Made by a program: the position numbers and the translations under genes
Source of the DNA: the human T2T-CHM13v2.0 reference genome, Homo sapiens
Assembly: GCF_009914755.1 (NCBI RefSeq)
Contig: NC_060931.1
Direction: 5' to 3' (one strand)
Length of the DNA: 64,000 nucleotides
The notes under the pieces: generated by a model
Told to the model about the DNA's origin: nothing
What the model saw: only the letters and a program-made list of their open reading frames with translations
The model's database searches: none
In this document: positions 39,831 to 51,980 of the stretch, piece by piece
Layout: each line of letters starts with the position of its first letter
Position numbering within the stretch: the first letter of the stretch is position 1

Positions 39831-40224
39831 AACAAACTGAAAATGCTGGAACAGGTAAAAAGTGAGGAAGATATTGAAAACTAATAAACAACTAGAGCCC
39901 AGTAAGATGCAATATGTCATTGGTTAACACAGGACAAATTGCTCTGGTGGTGACTACACACCATGGCTCCAGTATTATCTAAATGTAACACATTTCTGTT
40001 GACCAGAAATAAGCAAGGTCTTAAAACAGTTGCCCCTGGCTAAGCCAAAATGGTAGGCACGAAAGATGAACTTCAGGGAGATCACTGAATGTAAGTGGAG
40101 TAGTCACTATTTAAGATCATCAATGGCCACTTTGTGATTTCTATGTATTATTTATTTTATTATACATTTAACCGTATTTTTACACAATAGATAAAATGTT
40201 TATTTGCAAAGACAGCAAGTGATT

Positions 40225-43200
40225 TTTTAAACTTTTTATTTTGAAATAATCATAGATTCACAAGAAGTTACACAGATGTTACAGAGCGATCCTGTGTACT
40301 CTTCACCCCATTTGCCTGATGGTTACATCTAACATAACTATAGTACAATATCACAGTCAGCACATTGACACTGGCATTGCGTGTGTGCAGTTCCATGTCA
40401 TGTAACCCCTTGTGTAGATTAGTGAAAGCCCCACCTCAGGAGACAGAGCTGGTCCACACTTGCAAAGATGTCCCTCATGTCACCCCTTAATCATCACAAC
40501 TCTCATACCTCCGCCCCATCCCTAACTTATGGCAACTACTAATCTGTTTGCATATCCATAATTATGCCATTTAAAGAATGCTGTAGAAGTGCTGTAGAAT
40601 GTGGATTCTGTGGAATCCACAGAATGTGACTTTCAGAAATGGGCTTTTAACACTTAGCATGATGCTCTGGAGATTCACCCAAGTCGTGTATGTCAGTAGT
40701 CCGTTCCTTTTTATTCCTAAATAGCATTCCATCGTGTCAATGTATCACAGTTTATTTAACCATTCACCTACTGTAGGACATCTACAGTGTCCAGCTTTTG
40801 GCTATTACAAATGATGCTGCTATAAACAGTCATATACAGTTTTTGGCTAAGCCTAAGTCTTCATTTCTCTGGGATAAATGCCCAGGAGTGCAATAGCTGA
40901 AATTGCTGAACAATTTCGAGAGTGGCTGTACCATTTTACATTTTGACCAGCAACAAATAAGAGACCCCATTTTTCACATCCTTACCGGGATTTGGCACTA
41001 TTGCCATATTTTATTTTGGCTGTTCTGATAGCTGTGTAGGTACATCTCATCACAGGCTTACCCTGAACTTCTATGATGACTATTGATGTCAAACGTCTTC
41101 TCATGTGCTTATTTGCCATTCATTTATCATCTCTGTGAAATAACTCAACATTTCTTTTACCCATTTTCTAACTAGATGTTTTTACTGTTAAGTGTTGAGA
41201 TTTCCTTATACATTTTAGATATGAGTTATTTGTAAGATTTATGATTGATGCATATTTTTCCCAGCCTATGGCTTGTCTTTATAGCCTCTTTACAAAGTCT
41301 TTCACAGAGAAAAATTCTTAGTTTTGATGAAGCCCAATTTATTGACTTTTCTTTTTATAAATTGTGCTTTTGGTGTCATATCTAAGAACTGTTCATGAAG
41401 CACTGAAGAAAGTCCCAGAAATTTTTCTCCTATGTCTTCTTCTAAAAGTTTTAGAGTTTTAGGTTTTACATTTAACTGTGTGATTCACTTCGAGTTAATT
41501 TTTGTATAAAGTGTCAGCTTTAGTTCAAGTTTCCCTGTTTTACCTACAGATATCCAAGTGTTCCTACACCATTTATTAGGAAGAATATTCTTTGCACATT
41601 AAATTGTTTGTGCACATTTATCAAAAATAACTTGGCTGCACTATTGTGGGTCTATTTTGGGTTTCTCTATTCTGTTCCATTGATCTGCCTATTCCTCTGC
41701 CAATACCACAGTATTAATCACAAGTTACATAATAAATTTTGAAATCAAGTAATCTCTCACACTTTATTCTTTTTCAAAATTGTTTTAGCTATTCAAGTAC
41801 ATTTGTCTCTTCATAACAATTTTAGAATAATCTTATTTCAAAAAAAAGACTTTTGCTGATAATTTGATAGATATTGCATTAACGTTGTATATCAATTTGT
41901 GAAGAATTAACATCTTTACTCTGTTGTATCTCCAATCCATAAACATAGTATGTTTAGATACATTTATTTAGACTTGTGATTCATTTCTGCAGCCTTTGGT
42001 AATTTTCTGAATCCAAGTCCAGCATGTGTTTTATTAGATATACACCTAAATGTTTCATTTTTTGAGTGATTATAATTAGATTGTGTCTTTGATTTTGGTT
42101 TCTATGTGTTCATTGCTAGCATACAGAAATATAATAGTTTTTTTTAGCTTTTTTCTTGTATTCTATGATCTCACTAAACATATTATTTAGTCCTAGAAGG
42201 TATTTTTTTGGTTTTGGTTTTGATAGATACTTTGGCATTTTTACATAAACAATGAGTTCATCAGCATATATGGAGAGTTTTATTTCATTCTTTTCAATCT
42301 ATTTGCTTTTATTTCCTTTTGTTGCCTTATTACATTGACTAGCATTTCTAGGACTACATTGAAGAAAGGTGATGAGCATGGACATCCCCCACTTGTTCTC
42401 AAATTTAAGGGGAAAACATTTGGTAGGGCACGGTAGCTCACGCCTGTAATCCCAACACTTTGGGAGGCCAAGGCAGTCAGATTGCCTGAGGTCAGGAGTT
42501 TCGAGACCAGTCTGGCCAACATGGTGAAACCCCATCTCTACTAAAATTACAAAAAAAAAGAAAAAATTAGCCGGGCATGGTGGCGCGTGCCTGTAATCCC
42601 AGCTACTCGGGAGGCTGAGTCAGGGGATTTGCTTGAACCAAGGAGGTGGAGGTTGCAGTTAGCCAAGATCACAACACTTCACTCCATCTAGCCTGGATGA
42701 CACAGCGAGACTCCATCTCAAAAAAAAAAAAAAAAAAAAGGAAAGCATTTCAGCCTTTCACTATTAAGTGTGATTCTAACTGTAGGGATTTTGAAGATGC
42801 TATTTTTCAAATTAAGGAAGTTTCCCTTAGTTCTAATTTTCTGTGAGTTTTTATCATGAGTTGTTGTTCCATTGTATCAAAGGCTTTTCCAGCATCAATT
42901 CATTTGAACATGTGATTTTTCTTCTTTAGCCTGTAAATAGAGTGCATTACAATGACTGGTTTTTTGACTATTGAACCAGCCATATTCCATTCATCATAGT
43001 AGATAATTCTTTGTATGTATTGCTGAATTCTACTTGCTAATATTTTTCTTCCATACTTTTTATTTTACAAATAAGAGTTTTTGCATTCATATTCATGAGG
43101 AATACTGGTCTGTACTTTTCTTCTTTTGTACTGACTTTTCCTGGTTTTGGTATCAGTAAATACTGTATATGACCTGACTTTGGGCATGTTCTCTCCTCTT

Positions 43201-44180
43201 TTATTTTAGGGAAAACATTGCATAAAATTAATGTTGTTAATTTATCTTTAAATACTTGGTTGAATTCTCCAGGAAAACCACGTGGACCGAAGAGTTTTGG
43301 AGGGATCTTTTAAATTGCAAATTTAACTTCCTTAGTAGACATAAGGCAAGTCTATCATCTACTTCATAATGGACAAATTATGATAGTTTTTTGAGGAAAT
43401 ACTCCATTCCAAGTGTTCCTATTTATGTGTGTAGAATTGTTCCTAGTAAATGCTTATTATCCCCTTTTGATTTCTGCAATGTCTGTAGGGATATTTCTGT
43501 TTTATTGGTAATTTGTTTCTTCACTCTTTTCTTGATAGCCTTGTAAAAGGTTTGCAGATTTTATTGACTTTTTCAAAAGCCAGCTCTTTGATTCTTGGGT
43601 TTTCTGTTAGTTTTGTCATCAATTGTATTAATTCCTGCTTCTATCTTTATAATTTCCCTCCTGCTGCTTGCAATAGGTTTCCTTTGCTCTTTTTTACTTT
43701 TCATATCTTGATGTGGGAGCTTAGCTTATTGATTTGAGATGTTTTCTATTTTCTGACGTAAGAGTTTACTTTTATAAGCTTTCCTCTCAACTATATCACC
43801 TGCATCCCATAAGTTCTGATATGTTGTATTTTCATCTTCATTCAATTCAATATATATATTTTTTAATTTCTCTTAAGACTTCCTCTGTAGCTCATGGATT
43901 ACTTGGTAGTATGTTGTTTAGCTTCTAAGTGTTTGGATATTTTCCTGTTATTTTTCTGTTTTTTATTTCTAGTTTGATTTCATTGTGGTCAGAGAACAAA
44001 GTCTGTATAGTTTCAAATATTTTAAATTTGTTTAGAGGTTTTTCCCCCCATGATTCGGGATATGGTCTATTTTGGTACACAGCCCACGGGTACCTGAAAA
44101 GAATATGTATTCTACTGTTCTTGGGTAGATTGTTCTGTAAATAATGATTAAAATCTGTTGGCTAAAGATGTTTGAGTCCT
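40225..44180 (-). mobile_element. L1MC/L1MD-type element (3'UTR and most of ORF2), interrupted by an Alu
   Basis: ACTTTTTATTTTGAAATAATCATAGATTCACAAGAAGTT 3' end; antisense ORF2 motifs throughout. Confidence 0.88.
42422..42739 (+). mobile_element. Full-length AluS (AluSx-like)
   Basis: CCTGAGGTCAGGAGTTTCGAGACCAG; ~20-nt A tail; TSD GGAAAACATTT (42411-42421) / GGAAAGCATTT (42740-42750). Confidence 0.95.
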
Positions 44181-44415
44181 TTATGTAATTTTTATAAAAT
44201 TACTTTGGAAAATAATGAACTAAAAACTAAAGAAATTAATTGTAATAAATCAGAGAGACAAAAATGCATAAACTTAAAACATAAAATGTTCCTATGCCAA
44301 AAGAAAAATACTATGCTGAGCAAAGGATAGAGAGAAACATATCATAGAGAAACAAATACAACGACCAACAAACATTAAAAAATTTTAAGCCACACTGGTA
44401 GTTAAAAATGGAGAT

Positions 44416-46076
44416 CCCCTCCCCCTCCCCCTCCCCCTCCCCCTCCCTCTTTCTACGGTCTCCCTCTCTTGCTGAGCCTGGACTGTACTGCCATGATCTC
44501 GGCTTGCTGCAACCTCCCTGCCTCGGGCTCCCATGATTCTCCTGCTTCGACCTGCCAAGTGCCTGGGATTCCAGGCACACGCCGCCACGCCTGACTGGTT
44601 TTTGTATTTTTGGTGGAGACGGGGTTTTGCCGTGTTGCCCGGGCTGGTCTCCAGCTCCTGGCCTCGGGTGGTCTGCCTGCCTCGACCTCCCGAGGTACTG
44701 GGATTGCAGACGGAGTCTCCTTCACTTAATGCTCAGTGTTGCCCAGGCTGGAGTGCAGTGGCGTGATCTCGGCTGGCTACAACCTCCACCTCCCAGCCGC
44801 CTGCCTTGGCCTCCCAAAGTGCTAAGATTACAGCCTCTGCCCGCCCGCCACCCCGTCTAGGAAGTGAGCAGCGTCTCTGCCTGGCCACCCATCGTCTGGG
44901 ATGTGAGGAGCCCCTCTGCCCAGCCGCCCCATCTGGGAAGTGAGGAGTGCCTCTGCCCAGCCACCACCCCATCTAGGAAGTGAGGAGCATCTCTGCCTGG
45001 CTGCCCATCGTCTGGGTTGTGAGGAGCGCCTCTGCCCAGCCGCCCCGTCTGGGAGGAAGTGAGGAGCACCTCCGCCCGGCTGCCCCGAATGGGAAGTGAG
45101 GAGCGCCTCTGCCTGGCCGCCCCATCTGGGAAGTGAGGAGCGCCTCTGCCCGGTCTCCCCCCCATCTAGGAAGTAAGGAGTGTCTCTGCCCGACCGCCCA
45201 CTGTCTGGGATGTGAGGAGCACCTCTGCCCGGCCGCCCCATCTGGGAAGTGAGGAGCGCCTCTGCCCAGCTGCCCCGTCTGGGATGTGAGGAGCGCCTCT
45301 GCCCGGCGGCCCATCGTCTGGGAAGTGGGGAGCGCCTCTGCCCGGCCACCCTGTCTGGGAAGTGAGGAGTGCCTGTGCCTGGCCGCCCCATCTGGGTAGT
45401 GAGGAGTGTCTCTGCCTGTCCGCCCATCGTCTGGGAGGTGAGGAGCGCCTCTTCCCAGCCGCCCATCATCTGGGATGTGAGGAGCGCCTCTGCCCAGCCA
45501 CCCTGTCTGGGAAGTGAGGAGCACCTCTGCATGGCCGCCCCATCTGGGAGGTGTACCCAACAGCTCCGAAGAGACAGCGACCATGGAGAACGGGCCATGA
45601 TGACGATGGTGGTTTTGTCAAAAAGAAAAGGGGGAAATGTGGGGAAAAGAAAAAGAGATCAGATTGTTACTGTGTCTGTGTAGAAAGAAGCAGACATGGG
45701 AGACTCCGTTTTGTTCTGTACTAAGAAAAATTCTTCTGCCTTGGGATGCTGTTAATCTATAACCTTACCCCCAACCCTGTGCTCTCTGAAACATGTGCTG
45801 TGTCAACTCAGGGTTAAATGGATTAGGGCGGTGCAAGATGTGCTTTGTTAAACAGATGCTTGAAGGCAGCATGCTCATTAAGAGTCATCACCACTCCCTA
45901 ATCTCAAGTACCCAGGAACACAAACACTGCAGAAGGCCGTAGGGACCTCTGCCTAGGAAAACCAGAGACTTTTGTTCAAGTGTTTATCTGCTGACCTTCT
46001 CTCCACTATTATCCTATGACCCTGCCACATCCCCCTCTCTGAGAAACACCCAAGAATAATCAATAAATACAAAAAA
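44416..46076 (+). mobile_element. Full-length old SVA (SVA_A-like)
   Basis: Hexamer head, antisense Alu-like region (~44455-44830), GC-rich VNTR (~44835-45550), SINE-R (HERV-K env end/LTR5), AATAAA 46062-46067, A tail; TSD AAAAATGGAGAT (44404-44415) / AAAAATGAAGAT (46077-46088). Confidence 0.95.
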
Positions 46077-47279
46077 AAAAATGAAGATTAAAATGAAGAA
46101 ATACCTTTTTTGACTCTTTAATGTAGTGAAGGTAAAAAGGCAATATTAATTCCAGTGATGATTTGTTGAAACTAAACTATTCTTACTGGAGTGAAAATAT
46201 AAGTGGTGAAAAACTTTTAGTGGTAAATTTGGCCTTTTGTTTATAATTTTTATATGAAAAATTTCTTCAAGAATGTGTTTACTATCTTTCTTTGTTGGAT
46301 GAGAAAGGAAAAAATAATGAAGTTTATTTATGAACTAAAATGTTATTAAAAAAATACCCGTACACAAAAATATAATATTCACAGTATTAGTTATATTGTT
46401 CTTACTAAATAATATAAAACAGTTAAGGCAATAGTAATGAGATACCAGTCCGAGGAGTAATATTTCAAAGAATATTAAAATTCTGGTATAACAAATTTTA
46501 GAAGATGGATTGGTGAGGAGCAGACAATGGTCAGAACAAGAACAGGGAATACAGTAAGAGGAGTGAATCCAGGTCAAACCATGTGCTGGACATGGCTCCC
46601 TTCCTGCTTCTGCATAGTACACTGATCTTTCTGACCTACAGCTCCCTACTTTGAGCAGGCATCTGTGTAGGGAGCACTGTCACCATCAAGTTACTGTCCA
46701 GGAAGAGTCACTAGCATTCTTTCAGTCATCAGTCACATTCATTTAGAGGCCTAAACCAAGAGTGAAAGAATGAGGATTCAAAATATTTTATGCTATATTT
46801 TCCCACTGAATCCCATTTCAAGATTGAAAGAGTAGATATTTCATTTGATTGACTTATGAGAATTAATCACTAAACTGTTCTACTCAAGTTTTTGGTGATT
46901 GTTTTGTGTTTGTGTTTGGTCTTTAGAAAGAATGATATTTTTATTTTAGCATTACCTTCATGCCAATTAATTTATGTACATTCTTATTATTCCTTTCTTT
47001 CATAAGCTTCTCCTATTTGGTTTGACAAGCTTAAATATCATTTGACTCTTACCTCTAACCTACTTAGTAAGCATTTTCTATTTTCCCATTTCCCTATATT
47101 TTTAGCTTCCATTTTAAGTTGGCTATTAATACATTATAGATCATATTACTAGTATATATTATTGTTTCAGCCCATTTCCACTGTAAGTTAGTCTTAGATT
47201 TACAGAGAAATACATTCTATTTTCCCTGCTGTTCTTTGTTACCCAAGTTTCTTCAGCAGTCTCTTGTTTGCATAAAGCT

Positions 47280-48150
47280 TGTTTTCTGGTATAATCCTCA
47301 GGAAGTGTTTCTGAATACAAGATTCCCAGAGCTCTTGCATGTTTAAATTGTTTTTCTACTGCTTTGAATCTCAAAGAAGTTTGACTGGATATAGAATTCT
47401 TTACTTGCATCTTTCTTCCTTGAGCTTCTTGATGGTGGTATTCCACAGTTGTTTAATGAAACAGCTGGTATCATACTGATTTTCTTTCCCTTCTCAGTAA
47501 TGTGCCTTCTTGCCTGGAGGCCCTTGAGGTATTTTTCCCTTTACATTTATGTCTACTAACTTTGCTTGGGTAGTTTTTAGAACTGACAATTTTGAATCTA
47601 TTTCCTCAAGTATATAGTGGATTCTTCTCATATGTAGTTAAGTCTCTTATTTAACAGATATTGTTCTTCAGTTACAGTTTTAAATATTAGTTCTCTCATT
47701 GTTTTGTTTTCTCTTCACTGATTCTAAGCATGTATTTTAGCTATCTTCCCCCATATTCTATGTCTGTCACAAAATTTATATCAGAGATTGTGTACTTCCT
47801 TTTACTGTATTTTTATTTTCTTAATACTTTACATTCTTATTGTTCATCCCCCTTTGGTACTTTTCATAATATCTACTCTACTTTGGGGTCTTTGCAGTTG
47901 AGTTATTGTTTCTGAGATACTTTTGCCTGTTTTGTTTTTTGATTTATAGTAAGAATTTTGTTGACTCACTTTTCACTCTCTTCTAGTTGTTCATTTCCAT
48001 GCTGAGTTTTGACATTTTAGATACATGATATGCTTTTTTACGTGAAACTGCTTTATTTAATTAAATTTGATTCAATTTTATATCCTGTGTTACAACTTTT
48101 CTCTATCTGATGGTTCTCTTTTTAAAATCATTTTGGTTGTTGCACTTTGT
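47280..48150 (-). mobile_element. Very old L1M ORF1-region fragment
   Basis: AGTTTGACTGGATATAGAATTCT motif and T-rich antisense L1 composition; boundaries uncertain. Confidence 0.55.
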
Positions 48151-50452
48151 TTGACTTTGTAGGGATGTTCATGATGATCTTTTCATGATTTCTAAGTAAG
48201 ATGCTCCTGAACTAGCAAAAGCAAGCCATGCTGGGGTGGGGGTGGGGGTGGGGGTTTCGTGGCTTCCTTGGTTTCTTAGTTCAACAGTGCTCTCTCCTGC
48301 TGCTGCAGTACGTACACTTGCTTTAATTAAAGGACCCTGATTTGCTGTTATTAACTTGGTCAGCTTTATTCTGATTCTTTGAAACTAACTTTATTTAGTA
48401 AGGCCTGCTTTCCTCCTTCACTTTATGACCAAGTCTCCAAAGGCGTCTTGTCCTGTCTCCAAGGCACCTCTCTCTTCCTGAGCACTGCACCTTCTCAATG
48501 CTGCCGCCCTGCACAGGTGCACTTCCAAGTCATGCCTTTCCATTCCCTGGGGGCCGGTGCTCTGGGCCACCAAGTCTCACACAGATCAGATTTCCAATGT
48601 TTCTCCTTCAGGAAGAGGCTCTTTCCCACTGTAGATAGACTCTGAGTGTTACTGTCTATGTTCATCATCATTAGGATCCCACCACGGCTTCCTCCCTCTA
48701 CTTCTGATTTTCAGGTCTGGTATAGGCTAAGATGTTTACTTCCACATTTTTAGGTAAATGAAGTTTGTCTTATTCTCTGCCTCCAAGTTCTACTCCAGCA
48801 TGCGTTTTGGATAATTCTATGCATCCTCTGTGCTGGTCTCTATGACTTCTTCCAGGACTTACTGAGAGAGTCTCCCTTTACTTCACAAAATCTGGTAGTT
48901 TACCTCTCTCAGGCTTAATTTCTCCATGTAGCCTAAAATTAATCTGAAAACCTCTAATCTAGTAATTTCATTTCTATGAAGTGAAACTAAAGAAAACTTG
49001 GAATCTAAATAAAAATGTGTGTACAATGAGACTAAAATATTAATTATCATATTAAATTTGAAATTAAACTGTCCAAATAAAAATAACTTGTTACAGTCAT
49101 AATCTAGAATATATTTTGCCCTTACAAATCATGTTTGTGATAAATAATGATTAATGTGGGAAAAAGTTCTTGGTAACTGGAAAATTAAGACATGAACTCT
49201 TATATCCAATATGACATCACTTTGAGTATTTAGACATGTATACCCATAGATAAAGGGCAAGAGGGAAATATTGACTGCACAGACACTTAATGGAATGGGG
49301 TATGATTATGCTTATTTATAGGTTTCTATAAATTTACAAATTCCCTCAAATTCCTTCAATGAACATACCTTTTTATATGCTTCTTTTTGCAATTATATAT
49401 AAAAAATGTATGGAATTTTTTTAAAGTTTTAAAAATTCAGAAAAGCAACAATAACAAAAATGAGAACACTAACAACCAAATTTTCTTGTATACCAAAAAT
49501 AATGCATTAGAATGCAACAAAGGAACAAATCTCATAATCTCATTCATAGCAGCAAGTAAAAAGCTTTTAACAAATCAAGCAATAAAGCTAACTGTGCTCA
49601 TCTATTATCAAAAATTATAAAACTTTCCTGTGAAACATAAAGGAATGCATACATTTTGAATAACTCAATTTATTGGCTGCTTTCATACCTAAAGTTTTGA
49701 AATTATAAACATTCAATTTTCCAATATTAATTAATACATTATGCCATGAACTCACATTTATGTGTGTTTATATCTATAAAGCTTCTTGGGAGCAAGCCCC
49801 CCCCAAAATCTGGCCATAAACTGGCCCCAAGACTGGCCATAAACAAAATCTCTGCAGCACTGTAACATATTTATAATGGCCCTAACACCCAAGCTGGAAG
49901 GTTGTAGGTTTACGGGAATGACGGCAAGGAACACCTGGCCTGCCCAGGGCAGAAAACCACTTAAAGGCATTCTTAGGCCACAAACAATAACATGAGCGAT
50001 CTATGTCTTAAGGACATGTTCCTGCTGCAGTTAACTAGCCCAACCTATTCCTTTAATTTGGCCCATCCCTTCATTTCCCATAAGGGATACTTTTAGTTAA
50101 TTTAATATCTATAGAAACAATGCTAATGACTGGTTTATTGTTAATAAATATGTGGGTAAATCTCTGTTCAAGGGTCTCAGCTCTGGAGGCTGTGAAACCC
50201 CTGATTTCCCACTTCACACCTCTATATTTCTGTGTGTGTGTCTTTAATTCCTCTAGCGCTGCTGGGTTAGGGTCTCCCCAGTTGAGCTGGTCTCGGCAAG
50301 TGGCGTCCATTTCATTCGTGGGGGCTGAAATCCAGGTCAAAGTGTCACCAGAGTGATGGTTGGAATGGAAAACTAGCTGGAGGACACCCAAGTACTTTTA
50401 AAGCAATCCCCATGGTGAGTAAGAAGGGGAGCTCGGAAGCATCAGGGTAACA

Positions 50453-51095
50453 ATGGGACAAGTGTGGGATCTGGTTCATTCTGCCTTGGAACTTTTTCAC
50501 ACTGATGACAAGGAAGAACAAGAGTATAGCAAAGTAATAGAAGAGGTTACATAGCATGTTTCTTTGCCAGCTCAAGCTAAAGCAGCAAAGGAAAGAGAGG
50601 TTCATTCCTACCCTTCTGCACCCCCTCCTTATTATTTTGAAGAAAATGATCTCCTAGATCTTTCTTTTCCAGAGGACACTGGGCGAAAAGTAATTGCCCC
50701 AGTGACTGTTTGAGCAGCACCTCGAGCAATGGTTCTTAGTTCTATTCAGGCAGGAATTCAGCAAGCTAGATGAGATGGTGATTTAGAGGCTTGGCAGTTC
50801 CCTGTTAGAATACACCCCCCAGATCAACAGGGAAATATTACAGCTACATTTGAGCCTTTTCCTTTTAAATTACTCAAATAATTTAAACAAGCTATTCATA
50901 CTAAAAAAGAATGTACAAAAAATCAGTGAGTCAGGCTGCCAGATAGAGGAAAAAAGAAAATTGCTGAGCCTGAAATATGTCCAAAATGTAAAAAAGGAAA
51001 ATATTAGGCTAATCAGTGTCACTCTAAGTTTGATAAAGATGGGAACCAGATTTTGGAAAATGCCATGAGGGGCCCGTCCTGGGCCCCATTCTAAA
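50453..51095 (+). pseudogene. gag: HML-3 gag remnant lacking most of capsid
   Basis: MGQVWDLVHSALELFHTDD...; jumps at ~50897 to HTKKEC and CPKCKKGKY*ANQC zinc-knuckle remnants; several stops. Confidence 0.8.
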
Positions 51096-51099
51096 CTGG

Positions 51100-51980
51100 G
51101 GCATTTCCAGCTCAGGCCATTCCCTCACCCCTGTACAATGTCTGTCCCCTGCCACAACTGGTAGTGCCACAGTAGATTTATGCTACACAAAAGCTGTGAG
51201 CCTTCTGCCTGGGGAACCCTCACAAAAGGTCCCAGAAGGAGTCTGTGGACCCTTGCCAGCAGGGACTATAGGATTACTTTTAGGAAGGTCTAGTTTAAGT
51301 CTAAAAGGGGTGCAAATACATACAGGAGTCATTGATTCAGATTACAATGGGGAAATTCAAATTGTTATATCTACTTCTGTTCCCTGGAAAGCAGAGCCAG
51401 GAGAGCACATAGCACAGCTCCTGATTGTGCCATATGTGGGAATGGGAAAAAATGAAATTAAACAAACAGGAGGATTTGGAAGCATAAATAAATAAGGCAA
51501 AGCAGATTACTGGGTAAATCAAATTACTGATAAACATCCTACCTATGAAATAACTATTCAAGGAAAGAAATTTAAAGGATTGGTGGATACAGGAGTGGAC
51601 ATTTCAATCATTTCTCTACAGCACTGGCTGTCTACGTGGCCAATTCAACCCACTCAATTTAACATAGTTGGAGTTGGTAAAGTTGCTGAAGTATATCAAA
51701 GTAGTTATATTTTGCATTATGAAAGGCCTGATGGACAACCTGGGACTATTCAACCGATTATAACTTCTGTAACTATACATTTATGGGGAAGAGATTTATT
51801 ATAACAATGGAGAGCACAAGTTCTAATTCCAGAACAATTATATAGCCCTCAATGTCAACATACAATGCATGAAATGGGGTATGTCCCTGGTATGGGACTA
51901 GAAAAAAATTTGCAAGGTTTGAAAGAACCACTTCAAGTGGAAAAACAAAGTTCCCACCAAAGATTAGGAAATAATTTTTG
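51100..51980 (+). pseudogene. pro: HML-3 pro: dUTPase, aspartic protease and G-patch, disrupted
   Basis: GLLLGRSS, GVIDSDYNGEI, QLLI, GGFGS (dUTPase); VDTGVD and WGRDLL (protease); MGYVPGMGL (G-patch); in-frame stops at 51495 and 51804. Confidence 0.9.

Noticed and set aside
44311-45683. Long ORFs up to 256 aa
   Set aside because: Open frames of the GC-rich SVA VNTR and Alu-like region; repetitive and typical artefacts.
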